DNA from: a virus | Taxonomy: Duplodnaviria; Caudoviricetes | Virus record (IMG/VR): IMGVR_UViG_3300021400_000095 | DNA length: 64,000 bases | Direction: 5' to 3' (one strand) | In this document: piece by piece, positions 33,521 through 44,308 of the stretch | Layout of the letters: every line of letters begins with the position of its first letter | Numbering within the stretch: position 1 is the stretch's first letter | Made by a program: the position numbers and the translations under genes | Notes under the pieces: generated by a model | Database searches by the model: none | What the model was told of the DNA's origin: nothing | The model's input: only the letters and a program-made list of their open reading frames with translations

Positions 33521-35779
33521 TTAAGCACCAAATGTACCACAGTCAACAACAAGATTACTTACATCAAGTTTGACAACATCATCTTCCTTTACAATTGCAA
33601 TCTTTGTTAATGCACCATTTGCTGAATTGTCCTTAACAGCACTTACTGCAAATTGCTTTACATCATAAGCATCTGCTAAACCAGTTGCTGCACTTGTAGA
33701 AGTTGCAATGTCATGTGTGATTGCACTGATACCAATAGTAGTACCACTCTCATCCTTAGAAACCTCAGTTGCAATGTACTTGTTGTCATCAACAACCTCA
33801 ATGTCTAATGCTTCCTTAGCAGCATCAATCTCCTTAAGGATGTCACTAATCTTATCAGCAACAGTTGCTGCACTTGTGAATGCTACATTATAATCAGGAT
33901 TAGTTTCACCTGTGTGTGAACCAATCTTATCATCAATTGCCTTTTCAGCATCCTTTGCTCTGTTAACTTCAGCTGTTAATGCACTTGCACTTGCAATGTC
34001 AGTTTCTTTAAGTGTTAAAGTCTTAAGTTTACCATCCTCTTGGACAACACCAACCTCAATATGTGCTGTGTTACCAGAAACCTCTGAATCAAAGCCTTCA
34101 ACTAATTGTTGAACAGCACCACTTAATGCCTGTAAGTCAGAATCACTTGCAATGTTCTTTTCATTAAGAGCAACACTGGTAAGTTTACCATCAGTCTCAA
34201 CAATAGTTACATCAATGTGAGATGTCTTAGCACTTACAGTTGCATCAAGGTCTAATACAGAACCACTTAATGCCTCTAATTGACTTTGTGAAGCAACATC
34301 ATTTAATGCAAATTCATATACATCATGACCATCAGCAGCAACTGTCTTATTAATTGTCATGTGGGTCTTAGTTGCATCACCAGCAACAGTTGTGTTGATT
34401 TCAGTCTTACCTGAAGCCATTGCAGCATCAATTGCATCTTGAACACCTGCAAGTTTGAAACCATTAGCACCAACAGTTAAGAAGTCCTCACTTTGAGAGT
34501 CAACTACACCATGAACAATACCATCTGTTACAGTAACACCACTTGCAAATTCTGCTTCAAGAACAAGTTCAGACATATCAACATAGGTTGTCTGAGTTGC
34601 ACCAGAAGCATCAATGTAAACATATTCAAGATTCTGATAATGTGCATCAGTAGGGTCAGTAATATAATTAATACTTACAATATGACTATCTTTAGGAACA
34701 TCAATGTTTGCACCAATTTGGTCATTATTAGAATCAAGAAGTTGATATCTTTCCTTGATTGTTTCAGGAAGACCTGTTGTAATCTTTACAAGGTCAAGGT
34801 CAGTATAAAGACCATCACCATCACTCTTAAGAACTTTCTCACCTGATTTGATGTTAACTGCAATATCAGTACCTGTAGCAGCAGTTGTTACATTAATTGA
34901 GTTGTCTTCACTTGCAACTGTGACAGCACTGACAGCTTCAGCAATCTCATCTTCAATCTTGTCAATAGCCTGACCAAGAGTATCAGCAGAAGTTACTGTA
35001 CCATGGTCACCATTGTAGCCATTAAGTTTAATGTCAGTAAGATTTGCCTTTGTTTCAGTAACCTTACCATCAGCCTCAGCAACAGTGGTAACTACCTTAC
35101 CTTCAACTGCATCAGCTTCTTTGTCCATTGCATTGATTTGACCTTGGAGTTTACCAAGAGCAGCATTAAGTGTATCAGTTTCTGCAAGTTTTGCATCTGC
35201 ACCTTCTGTATAACCAGTAATTGTGAACTCACCAACATGCTTAGTGTCTGCACTACCAATTAATCCACCATGTTGCTCTAAGTCAACAAGAATCTTATCA
35301 GGGTCAGCATTTACTGAATTAACATTGAGGTCATCAAGAACTGCATCATCAATTCTCTTGATATTTTCATCAAGTTCTTTAAGAGCATCAATAACAGTTG
35401 TTTTACCAGAAAGATAATTTGTATTAGTAAATGCACTTGCTGGCATTGTACCATTATTTGCAAGACCAACAGCAGCAATAATATTATTTACTCTTTCAGT
35501 TTCATGTCCTGTTGCTTCTTGAATTTCAAGAACTTTACCATCAACATATGCTTGATTTACAAATCTAACAGCAGTGTCTTTATCACTAGCAAGTGTCCAT
35601 AATGATGTACCTGTGTTACCTGAACCAGCATCACCAAGTTGAACTATGATTTCACCTTCAGCTGCAACATCTTTTAATCTACCATTAGCAAGACCATGAG
35701 GGCCAATTGCTTCAGCACCAAGTGTTGTCCTTAAGTGTTGTAAAACTTTTCTGTTTAATTCACTAGGAGTTTTAGCCAT
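33521..35779 (-). CDS. putative tail/whisker fibre protein
   Basis: Coiled-coil segments (ALGKLQGQI), D/T/A-rich, C-terminal VDCGTF. Confidence 0.65.
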   Translation of the reverse strand: MAKTPSELNRKVLQHLRTTLGAEAIGPHGLANGRLKDVAAEGEIIVQLGDAGSGNTGTSLWTLASDKDTAVRFVNQAYVDGKVLEIQEATGHETERVNNIIAAVGLANNGTMPASAFTNTNYLSGKTTVIDALKELDENIKRIDDAVLDDLNVNSVNADPDKILVDLEQHGGLIGSADTKHVGEFTITGYTEGADAKLAETDTLNAALGKLQGQINAMDKEADAVEGKVVTTVAEADGKVTETKANLTDIKLNGYNGDHGTVTSADTLGQAIDKIEDEIAEAVSAVTVASEDNSINVTTAATGTDIAVNIKSGEKVLKSDGDGLYTDLDLVKITTGLPETIKERYQLLDSNNDQIGANIDVPKDSHIVSINYITDPTDAHYQNLEYVYIDASGATQTTYVDMSELVLEAEFASGVTVTDGIVHGVVDSQSEDFLTVGANGFKLAGVQDAIDAAMASGKTEINTTVAGDATKTHMTINKTVAADGHDVYEFALNDVASQSQLEALSGSVLDLDATVSAKTSHIDVTIVETDGKLTSVALNEKNIASDSDLQALSGAVQQLVEGFDSEVSGNTAHIEVGVVQEDGKLKTLTLKETDIASASALTAEVNRAKDAEKAIDDKIGSHTGETNPDYNVAFTSAATVADKISDILKEIDAAKEALDIEVVDDNKYIATEVSKDESGTTIGISAITHDIATSTSAATGLADAYDVKQFAVSAVKDNSANGALTKIAIVKEDDVVKLDVSNLVVDCGTFGA

Positions 35780-35850
35780 AATTTTATTTGTTTAATATTT
35801 GTTATTTTATTTTTATATAAATAGTTTTATTTTTTCAATAATATTTAATT

Positions 35851-38800
35851 TTAATAATCACCTGCATCAAAAATTACTGTATCTGTACTATTTTCTAATG
35901 CAAGCACTCTTGTATTGAGGTTATTCATTGCTGCTGAAATTACTTTACCATCAAGGTCAATCTCATCCTTTGTATAGAAATTTTCAGTTGCATATGAAGC
36001 AACATCACCACTTGTGACTAAATTAGCAGTTGCAGTTGCAATTGCAGCATCAGTTTGACCACTTGTGTAATATCCACTTAAATCAACCTGTCCTGAATTA
36101 CCACTAATGACAGCAATCTTGTTATTAAGGTCATTCAATGCCGTTGAGATAACAAATTCATCATCAATCCATTGCTCTTTTGTAAGGAATTTGTCATCAG
36201 CCTCTTCTTTAGTATAAACTGAGCCAGTAACACTTTCTTCAATTTCACCAATCCTGTCATTGAGGTCATTTATTGCAGCAGCAATCACCTCTTCCTTAGG
36301 ATTAAGGAAGTCATATGTTACATAGTATTCAGTGTTAGCTGAAAGTTGATTAAGTTTGCTGTTAATTGCATTGTCAGCACTCTGTCTTTGGCTTCTTTCA
36401 TTATTAATTGCACCTGTCAACTCTTGTCTAAGGCCATCAAGTTGGTCACTTACATCAATATCAGCAATTAACTCATCCACTTCTTCTTTAGTATAGACAT
36501 CACCACTGATATTTTGTTCAAGGGTTTCAAGTCTTTCATCAAGGTCATTTAATGCAGCAGCAGTTACTCTTTCATCTTCAACAATAACTTTTTTAAGAAC
36601 AGTTGCATCAACTGCTTTTTTAGAAGGATTTGATTCATCCATTGTAACTGCTGAAAATTCAGCAACAGTTTGGATTAAATCAATATCAGATGATGAGCCA
36701 CTTAATTCAATAATTCTTTCATTTAAATCATTTAAAGCAGCTGCAATTACCTCAGAATCATCATCAATTTCTTCTTTGGTGTAGTAATTTGTCAAAGCAC
36801 TTTCAACATAATCTTCAACCCATACTTCAGTTGCATAACCACTAACAACAGGAATATCAGTTTTATCTGCTTTTCTATCATTAAGGTCATTTAAAGAAGC
36901 AGCAATTACTTTCTCAGCATTATCAATTTCTTCTTTAGTATAGTATTGGGTTAAAGCACTTTCAACATAATCTTGTGTTTCTGCTGAAGTCCAATATGCT
37001 GAAAGGTCAACTTGTCCTGAATTACCACTTAATTCAATAATTCTTGCATTTAAATCATTTAGAGCAGCAGAGACAACTTCTTCAGAATCATCAATTTCTT
37101 CTTTAGTATAGTATTCAGTTAAAGCACTTTCAATTTGTGTTTCAACATCACCACTTGTTGTATAGGTAGCACCAAGGTTAAAAGTAATTTGGTGGCCACT
37201 TACAGCAATATCAGTAACAGCATTACCATTACCTGTACTTGCAGAAGTTAATTGAGTTTCAGCAGTAAGAACTGTTCCAAGGTCAACAACACCTGTATTA
37301 GATACTGTTAAATCATCACCATTCATGGTAATACCAGTAACCAATGTACCTAATGCTGCTGTATCACCTGTAACTGTTTTATTGTTAAAAGTAATTGCAG
37401 AGACAAAATGCTTATTATCAATCTCAGTTTTGGTATAGTAATTATTTGGATTAAAGATATCAGTCAATGGAATTGCAATATCTTGTTTTCCAGCATCTGT
37501 ATTAAATGTAATTACTAAACTACCACCAGAGATGAGTACATTGTCAACCATTCCATCCTTAACAAAATTAGCACCATCAATGGTCATTGAAGTCAATGTA
37601 GTACCATTGTTTTTGAAATATATTTTCTTATCAGTACTATTCCATTCAGCAGAATCAGGATAAACATTTAAATCAGGTTTATTTTGGATAAATGCATCAC
37701 TTGTTGTTGCTGTTTCATTCCAATCAGCCTGAACATTAACCTCAGCACCTTCTTCAATACCTGCTAACTTGTTTTTCTCTGTGGTTGTATAATTATTGTC
37801 AGTATGGACATAATTTGCATCTTGAACATAATTTGAACCAAGATTTAAAACCTTGTTAGTTACTGTAACATTAGAACCATTAATGGTTGCACCTGTTACC
37901 ATATTGGTGTATGCAGTTGCACCTGAACTAGCATTATTTCTAATGGTAGTCAAATCATCAATTGCATCTTGTTTATTATTCCAATTAGTTCTTTCTTGTG
38001 CAGTAATGTGTGCAGTTGTATCACCTGTATGTGCAGTAAATGCAGATAAAGGTGTATAATCACTTAATTTCCTTGTTGAACCATCAGTAATATCATCTAA
38101 TGTAGAAGGAATTGTGATTGTTTTTCTTGTTGAAGAAACAGTAAGGTCACCATCTGTTGCAGTATTAGTTCCAGCAAGACTTTCAACATAAGTTATTGTT
38201 TTAGCAGTTTCAGCAGTAGCAGTACCATTATCAGCAATTAATTTATGTTTTGCATGGTCTGTTGTAACAACCAAATCAAGTTTACCATTAGTAATTGTCT
38301 GTGCACTACCATTTAAATCAACTGCTGTAACAACTGTACCTAAATCAGCAACTTTATTGGCCTTACTTACAGCAGAACCATTCATAGTTACACCTGTAAG
38401 CATGTCAGTATAAGCAGTTGCACCTGAACTAGCATTATTTCTAATGGTTGTTAGGTCATTAATTGCATCTTGCTTACCATTCCAAGTTGATTTTTCAGTG
38501 TCAGTAACTAATCTATGTGTTGCATCATCAGATAATTCTGATAATTGTGTAGGAACAGTAATATCAACAGATTTATCTGTTATTGTTTGTTCTGTTCCAT
38601 TTACTTTTACTTTTTCAATAACATTTACCTGTGCACCATTTTCAATACCACTTAATTTAGTTCTTTCTTCATCAGTAAAGTTGTTAATGGTTTTTCTTGT
38701 TGAATATAGATTCAAATTACCACTTGTTTTTGGTGAACCACTAAGACTGTCAACAATTGTTACTGTTTGTGCAGTGGTTTGACTTGTAGGTGTACCATCA

Positions 38801-39456
38801 TTGGCTATTAAAGCATGTTCAGCATGGTCTGTTGTTACTGTTAAATCAAGCACACCATCAGTAATTGTTTGTGCACTACCATTTAAATTAACTGCATTAA
38901 CAACAGTTCCAAGGTCAACAATACCATTAGTATCAGGAGATTTTGTACTACCATTTTCCTTTACACCTGTTACAGTACCCTTATAGTTTTGAATAAGTCC
39001 TTCAACATCAGCAGTTGTTACTGGTGTTGAACCAGTAACATGGCCAAATTTATCAGAACTTATTTTGTTAAAGCCACTTACAGGTGTAAAATCACTTTTA
39101 TGTGAGATAGTAATAGAATTACCACTTGCATCAGTATTTACTAAATTGGCTGAGATTACAGTATCACCTGATACACTATTAATTGTACTATCAAGGACTA
39201 CTTCAGCAAGGTGTGCAACAGTATTATATACATTTTGTACTTTTTTGTTAACAGAACCTTCTGTGATAAAAGTTGCTAAAGTATTAGCATTATTACTATC
39301 ATTAACAGTTTCAACATAAAGTTTGGTATCATCATCTTTAGTTGACCCACTAACATGAACAACAGCTATTTCACCAAGAGATAATTTTCCAACAGGTTTG
39401 GCATCTATTGTGCCACTGTGTAAATTAATTAATTGTTTTCTTTGTTTTTCAGCCAT
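35851..39456 (-). CDS. putative long tail fibre protein
   Basis: LSLGEIAV N-terminus, YTTTEKNKLAGIE, NVQADWN, seven VIAAALNDLN-type repeats, C-terminal FDAGDY. Confidence 0.75.
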   Translation of the reverse strand: MAEKQRKQLINLHSGTIDAKPVGKLSLGEIAVVHVSGSTKDDDTKLYVETVNDSNNANTLATFITEGSVNKKVQNVYNTVAHLAEVVLDSTINSVSGDTVISANLVNTDASGNSITISHKSDFTPVSGFNKISSDKFGHVTGSTPVTTADVEGLIQNYKGTVTGVKENGSTKSPDTNGIVDLGTVVNAVNLNGSAQTITDGVLDLTVTTDHAEHALIANDGTPTSQTTAQTVTIVDSLSGSPKTSGNLNLYSTRKTINNFTDEERTKLSGIENGAQVNVIEKVKVNGTEQTITDKSVDITVPTQLSELSDDATHRLVTDTEKSTWNGKQDAINDLTTIRNNASSGATAYTDMLTGVTMNGSAVSKANKVADLGTVVTAVDLNGSAQTITNGKLDLVVTTDHAKHKLIADNGTATAETAKTITYVESLAGTNTATDGDLTVSSTRKTITIPSTLDDITDGSTRKLSDYTPLSAFTAHTGDTTAHITAQERTNWNNKQDAIDDLTTIRNNASSGATAYTNMVTGATINGSNVTVTNKVLNLGSNYVQDANYVHTDNNYTTTEKNKLAGIEEGAEVNVQADWNETATTSDAFIQNKPDLNVYPDSAEWNSTDKKIYFKNNGTTLTSMTIDGANFVKDGMVDNVLISGGSLVITFNTDAGKQDIAIPLTDIFNPNNYYTKTEIDNKHFVSAITFNNKTVTGDTAALGTLVTGITMNGDDLTVSNTGVVDLGTVLTAETQLTSASTGNGNAVTDIAVSGHQITFNLGATYTTSGDVETQIESALTEYYTKEEIDDSEEVVSAALNDLNARIIELSGNSGQVDLSAYWTSAETQDYVESALTQYYTKEEIDNAEKVIAASLNDLNDRKADKTDIPVVSGYATEVWVEDYVESALTNYYTKEEIDDDSEVIAAALNDLNERIIELSGSSSDIDLIQTVAEFSAVTMDESNPSKKAVDATVLKKVIVEDERVTAAALNDLDERLETLEQNISGDVYTKEEVDELIADIDVSDQLDGLRQELTGAINNERSQRQSADNAINSKLNQLSANTEYYVTYDFLNPKEEVIAAAINDLNDRIGEIEESVTGSVYTKEEADDKFLTKEQWIDDEFVISTALNDLNNKIAVISGNSGQVDLSGYYTSGQTDAAIATATANLVTSGDVASYATENFYTKDEIDLDGKVISAAMNNLNTRVLALENSTDTVIFDAGDY

Positions 39457-39628
39457 TGTATCTTTGTTTATATAAACTTTATTTGCTCTCTATAAATAGT
39501 CACAATATTAGAAAAAAACAGGAAGACTTATTAATAAATCTCCCTGTAAAAATAAAAAACAAATGATACAATTTGGCTTTTAAAACCTTTTCAATATAAA
39601 AATAATATATAATCTCTAAAAAAACAAG

Positions 39629-40780
39629 TTATTTAGTATATTCTGATGTTGATGTCATCTGTATTTTCTTTTTTGTCCAACCTGTCATTTCAATTAATTT
39701 GTCTTCCAATTTTTTTCTTTTTTCTGAAATAACATTAAATGAACCTAAAAAGAATACTTGTTTTACTTTATCTTTTTTTACATATTCTTCCAATAAACTA
39801 TAAAACCTACCAGCATCTGTTACTGATTTACAAAAAACAATATCCAATTCATCATTATCATCTTTAAATATGATTTTGTTTTTATATAAACAAACAAATC
39901 TTAAATCATATTCACTATATATTTTACCTAATAATATGTTTTCATATATCCATTGAAATGTTTTCCTGTCTTTTCTGTTATTGTAACCCCAAACCCAAAA
40001 AGTTTCTTCTACATCATATTTAAATTTGTCATATACACTCCAATTTAAACTATTTGTCTTTTGTTCAACTAATTTTCCATATTCATTTCTTAATAAATTA
40101 ATCTTTTCAGAATCTGTTTTCCTTTCAAGTATTAAATATTCATATTTTGCATCTGTCATTTTATTGGATATTGATATTCTTGATGGGAAAATAACCTCTT
40201 TTGACTCTCTAAGTAATTCATTTACCTTTTCATATGCTGTTGAAACATTTTCACAATAACAAATAAACTCATTTTGATTCCCATTTCTACATGAAACAAC
40301 CTTATAATTAAAACTATTATATTTCTTTGGTAAGTTTCTTTTTAATTCAAGTTCCTTTTTCTTTTTTCTCCTTTTATAATAGTTAATTTTTCTACCAACC
40401 TTTTTTGGCCTTCCTATTGGCCTTTTTTTCTTAACTGGTTTTGGTGGATGTGCTTCTAAATATAATCTTTTCTTTTCTGCTTCTCTTTCCTTCTTCTTTT
40501 GCTTTTTAATCCTTTCCTTTTCTTTTTTTTCTTCCTTTAATTTTATTGCTTTTGCTCTTTCCCTCTCCCTTTTTCTTAATTTCTTTTCTTTCTCCCTTTT
40601 TAACCTTTTTTCTTTTTCTTTTCTTAATTTTTTGCAATATTCTTCATGACCTCTCTTTCTATTTTCAGCAATTTTTTTATTATGCCTTAATTGAAAGATG
40701 GTAATACCCTTTTCTTTTGCCTCCTGTTCCTCTTTTTCAAGAGTTTCTTTATCTATAAAATATTTTGTTTTTTCAGTCAT
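39629..40780 (-). CDS. highly basic hypothetical protein with AT-hook-like motif
   Basis: K/R/E-rich helix then KKRPIGRPKKVGRK. Confidence 0.7.
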   Translation of the reverse strand: MTEKTKYFIDKETLEKEEQEAKEKGITIFQLRHNKKIAENRKRGHEEYCKKLRKEKEKRLKREKEKKLRKRERERAKAIKLKEEKKEKERIKKQKKKEREAEKKRLYLEAHPPKPVKKKRPIGRPKKVGRKINYYKRRKKKKELELKRNLPKKYNSFNYKVVSCRNGNQNEFICYCENVSTAYEKVNELLRESKEVIFPSRISISNKMTDAKYEYLILERKTDSEKINLLRNEYGKLVEQKTNSLNWSVYDKFKYDVEETFWVWGYNNRKDRKTFQWIYENILLGKIYSEYDLRFVCLYKNKIIFKDDNDELDIVFCKSVTDAGRFYSLLEEYVKKDKVKQVFFLGSFNVISEKRKKLEDKLIEMTGWTKKKIQMTSTSEYTK

Positions 40781-40819
40781 TTTATATATATTTGCAGTAA
40801 CTAATTAAATATATAGTTT

Positions 40820-41224
40820 ATGAGTGAAAAAGTAAACACCACATTATTTGAAGATATTGTCAATAATGTGATAACAACAACAAAAAAAGGTATAGTCATA
40901 ACCATCCCAAAAACAATTAAATGGGAAAACTATAAGAAAGAACTTGATGCTGTTGCTGATTGGTCACAAGCAATGAATTTTAAAGTAAGCCATAAACCAA
41001 AAGACCTTGAACCTGGTAATAGGGTATATTTATGTTATAACAACCAAATTATTGGCTGGCAAACATTTATTGGATATTATACAGGTCAATTTAATTGTAC
41101 AACAACAGGAAATGATTGGAAAGGTGTCTTTATTCAAAGAAGTGGCCCATTCCACTACCTTGAAACACCTATTCCTTGTAAGGGATTCAGAGGATTTAAA
41201 TATTTTGATTATGTTGTAGAATAA
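40820..41224 (+). CDS. ASCH/PUA-like domain protein
   Basis: PGNRVYLCY..IIGW and C-terminal PIPCKGFRGFKY; TATATTTG promoter at 40787-40794. Confidence 0.55.
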   Translation: MSEKVNTTLFEDIVNNVITTTKKGIVITIPKTIKWENYKKELDAVADWSQAMNFKVSHKPKDLEPGNRVYLCYNNQIIGWQTFIGYYTGQFNCTTTGNDWKGVFIQRSGPFHYLETPIPCKGFRGFKYFDYVVE

Positions 41225-41258
41225 CATTCAAGAATTATTAAAATATAAAAGTTGACTT

Positions 41259-41522
41259 ATGAGAAAAACAATAAAAGAAATATTTACAACAAACATTAAT
41301 ACTACTGGGTTTGTTGATAATTCATCTTATACAACACAAACAAGTGCAAAACCATTTCAATGTGTTTATATTGCATGGTCACATGCACATGATTTCTATC
41401 CTGAAATGGTACTTGGATATTTTGACACAATTGTGGATGCAGAACAAGCAATTATTAATAATGGATATGGTGGTAGAATTGAACAAACCACTTGGGATGA
41501 ACTTACAAAAATAACATATTAA
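41259..41522 (+). CDS. hypothetical protein
   Basis: ORF in operon context. Confidence 0.6.
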   Translation: MRKTIKEIFTTNINTTGFVDNSSYTTQTSAKPFQCVYIAWSHAHDFYPEMVLGYFDTIVDAEQAIINNGYGGRIEQTTWDELTKITY

Positions 41523-41547
41523 ATAATATATAAAAATATAAATAGTT

Positions 41548-42015
41548 ATGGCAAAATTTTATGCAGCAGATGAAGAAATTCAAAATCTAGTACATGAGGT
41601 AGCAGCTGAACTTGGTCTTGAACAATACATGGACTTTGAAGCATTGTGTGTGCCTAAGGCAAAAGAAGTTGTTACTGTTTCAAAGGCAAGTGCCCTTGCT
41701 GAATTCCTTTCAAATAGGGATGACCTTATTCTTGTTATGGTTTTTGATGAAGTATTTAGTCAATTTGATGAGAAAACTAAATATATGTTTATTAGAATGG
41801 CAATGGACAAAATTTCTTATGATAGTGAAAAAGATAAGATTGTTCTTGATTGCCCTATGATTACCCTACCTGTTGGCTTCTATCAGAAGTATGAAAAAGT
41901 TGCAGTAGACACTGCCCTTCTTGGCCAAATGTCAATTGCACAATGGGAAGATAAGAAGAGACAAGAAAAGGAAGAAAAGAAAGCACTTAAGACTAAAAAG
42001 AAGAAGTCTGAATAA
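41548..42015 (+). CDS. hypothetical protein
   Basis: ORF with typical codon usage; basic C-terminus. Confidence 0.75.
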   Translation: MAKFYAADEEIQNLVHEVAAELGLEQYMDFEALCVPKAKEVVTVSKASALAEFLSNRDDLILVMVFDEVFSQFDEKTKYMFIRMAMDKISYDSEKDKIVLDCPMITLPVGFYQKYEKVAVDTALLGQMSIAQWEDKKRQEKEEKKALKTKKKKSE

Positions 42016-42017
42016 AA

Positions 42018-42051
42018 AAGAAAAGAGGTCTAAACTTAGACCTCTTTCTTA
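42018..42051. terminator. bidirectional intrinsic terminator
   Basis: AAAGAGGTCTAA/TTAGACCTCTTT between convergent genes. Confidence 0.8.
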
Positions 42052-44295
42052 TTAATTTACAAAAGTCATTCCTAATTCAGCAGTAATATTTACATTACCA
42101 TTTAATTCCCACCAATCACTAAGGTCAATTTCCTTACTTACTTTTGTTTGACTTCCAATATTATATCTAAGTTCAACTAGTTTACTTTCACTTGTATTTG
42201 CTTTGAAAAGTGTCATTTGTAAAATTACACTTGAACACATCCAATCAGTTTCATAAGTTCCTTCAAAATTAACACCAAAATCAATTGTTACTGTTGAAGC
42301 ATCTTTATTATATACTCTGAAGTTAAAAATGCCTTCACCTTTTGTGCCAACACTATCTTTTATGTCACCTTCAAAACCACAGGCAGCATAAATTGAACTA
42401 TCATCAGATGGTCTAAATATTAAGTCATTTGAACTAGTAGTATCAATAAGTGTTCCCTTACAACCTTCACCAACAGTGCAATCAACAAAACCACCAAAAT
42501 TTATTTCAAAATTACAAATATCATATGGTTGTGGTTGTGGTGCAGCAGTACTTCTTAAAACAATTGAACCATCATAGTATTGACTTAATTTTCTTCTTGT
42601 TTTTAAATATTCTCTTAACTCTGCATATTTCTCATCAAATGTTCCTGTTGTTGTACCTGTCCAATTAAGTGCTTCATCACCTGCATAATCTGGATTTGAA
42701 TGGAACTCAAAACATTTAAAATCACTATTAGATAATCTATTTTTAGTGAATGACCTTATATTAAGTGTTGTTAAATAAGATGGTAAACTATTGTATGTAT
42801 CCTGCTTAAGTTTTATTGCAAATGGGTCATTTTGTGTTTTGTAGATATATTGAGGATTAAAAATATTTACTTCATATGTTGTAGAATTTTGTGTAATACC
42901 TGATATTGTGAAATAGTCACCATCAGGCATCTGTTGTTTAACATCATCTTTATATATATTGATAGCAAATGCATTCAAGCCCTTTTGTGCTGCATATACA
43001 TTATAAGTAACATTATTATTAAGGTCTTTTACAACAATGTTACCATCCCTACCCATTAAAGCAGTTTCACCTGAGAAAACACCAACAGTAACATTTACTG
43101 CCTGACTTGTTGAACCTGTTGTTGGACTTACTGTTGCCCAACTTGGGCTTGATGTTATTTGCCAATTGTGGCCAATTGTATCTGTGATTTGGAATGATAG
43201 TGTTCCACCTGTGTATTCAAATGTTCTTAATTCACCAACACTGAACACACCTGCTTCTTGTGAGCATGTTATTGTTGTTGTTCTATTATTTGTCACATCC
43301 TTAACAACAAAATTACCTGACCTTGCATCTGTTGTTTGTGTTGCTGTTAATGTAACAGTTGCATTTCCTGTACCAGCAGTAACACTTGCACTAATCCAAC
43401 TTGGTAAATTTTGTATTTGCCAACTGAAGCCATTAGGATTGGTAATAGTCATAGTCTTTGAACCACCTGTATTTGAAAAACTAAATGAGGTTGGGTTAAC
43501 ACTGAAACCATAACTTGCTGCATTTTGTACAACTGATGTTGTTGCTGTAACAGTTGGATAATTAGTACAAGATGCTGTGATTACATGTGTTACAGGATTT
43601 ATGCCAGTATTAGCAGGAATTGTAAATGTTCCTGTTTTAGTTGTTTTTGTTTGGTTACCATACTTGACAGTCACAGCATCAACATTTGATGTTACTGTAT
43701 ATGACATACTTGTTGCAGTGGAAGCAACAGGGGTTGGTGCTGTAATTGAAATTGTTGGGGCTACTGCACTTTGTGTAATAGTAAATGTTTTAACAATACT
43801 ACCACAAGTAACAGTAATTGTAGCAGTTCTACTTGTTGTTCCTGTAAAGTTAGAAATTGTTATTGTTTGTGACAGGTCACCTGTACCAGCAGTTGTTGGT
43901 ACAGATACCCAATTAGCATTAGTAGTAATAGTCCAATTACTATTTGAGGTGATTGCTAAAGTACCATTTCCACCACCACTATCATATGTATCTGGTGTAA
44001 GTGTTGCTGTTAATGTTCTTTGTGCTGGTGTAACTGAACTCCAAGTAAGTGCTGTAACAGTATATAATTTATTACCAACCATGACATCTTCTGATTGGTA
44101 TGTGATTTTAGATGTATCAATTGCAGTACCAACATCAGTTTGCCATTGTGTTGATGCTGTTACATATGTGTTTTTAACATTTACTGTAACAGGATTAGCA
44201 TTGTTATATTTCAATGTAACTGGTATTGTAACATCATAATTATGTTTTAATTTTAAATCCCATTTTCCTGTTAATGTTTGTGAAGCATCTGCCAT
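42052..44295 (-). CDS. BACON (Ig-like) repeat virion protein, paralog A
   Basis: SNSNWTIT..WVSV..SRTATITV..ITQ repeats. Confidence 0.85.
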   Translation of the reverse strand: MADASQTLTGKWDLKLKHNYDVTIPVTLKYNNANPVTVNVKNTYVTASTQWQTDVGTAIDTSKITYQSEDVMVGNKLYTVTALTWSSVTPAQRTLTATLTPDTYDSGGGNGTLAITSNSNWTITTNANWVSVPTTAGTGDLSQTITISNFTGTTSRTATITVTCGSIVKTFTITQSAVAPTISITAPTPVASTATSMSYTVTSNVDAVTVKYGNQTKTTKTGTFTIPANTGINPVTHVITASCTNYPTVTATTSVVQNAASYGFSVNPTSFSFSNTGGSKTMTITNPNGFSWQIQNLPSWISASVTAGTGNATVTLTATQTTDARSGNFVVKDVTNNRTTTITCSQEAGVFSVGELRTFEYTGGTLSFQITDTIGHNWQITSSPSWATVSPTTGSTSQAVNVTVGVFSGETALMGRDGNIVVKDLNNNVTYNVYAAQKGLNAFAINIYKDDVKQQMPDGDYFTISGITQNSTTYEVNIFNPQYIYKTQNDPFAIKLKQDTYNSLPSYLTTLNIRSFTKNRLSNSDFKCFEFHSNPDYAGDEALNWTGTTTGTFDEKYAELREYLKTRRKLSQYYDGSIVLRSTAAPQPQPYDICNFEINFGGFVDCTVGEGCKGTLIDTTSSNDLIFRPSDDSSIYAACGFEGDIKDSVGTKGEGIFNFRVYNKDASTVTIDFGVNFEGTYETDWMCSSVILQMTLFKANTSESKLVELRYNIGSQTKVSKEIDLSDWWELNGNVNITAELGMTFVN

Positions 44296-44308
44296 ATTAA
44301 TATAATAT

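Noticed and set aside
35851-39456. Internal duplications in the fibre gene as an invertible/shufflon system
   Set aside because: Repeats are direct and in frame (AALNDLN and NNASSGATAYT units); no inverted crossover sites or recombinase nearby.
41548-42015. Putative phage metallopeptidase
   Set aside because: No HExxH motif; resemblance too weak to call.
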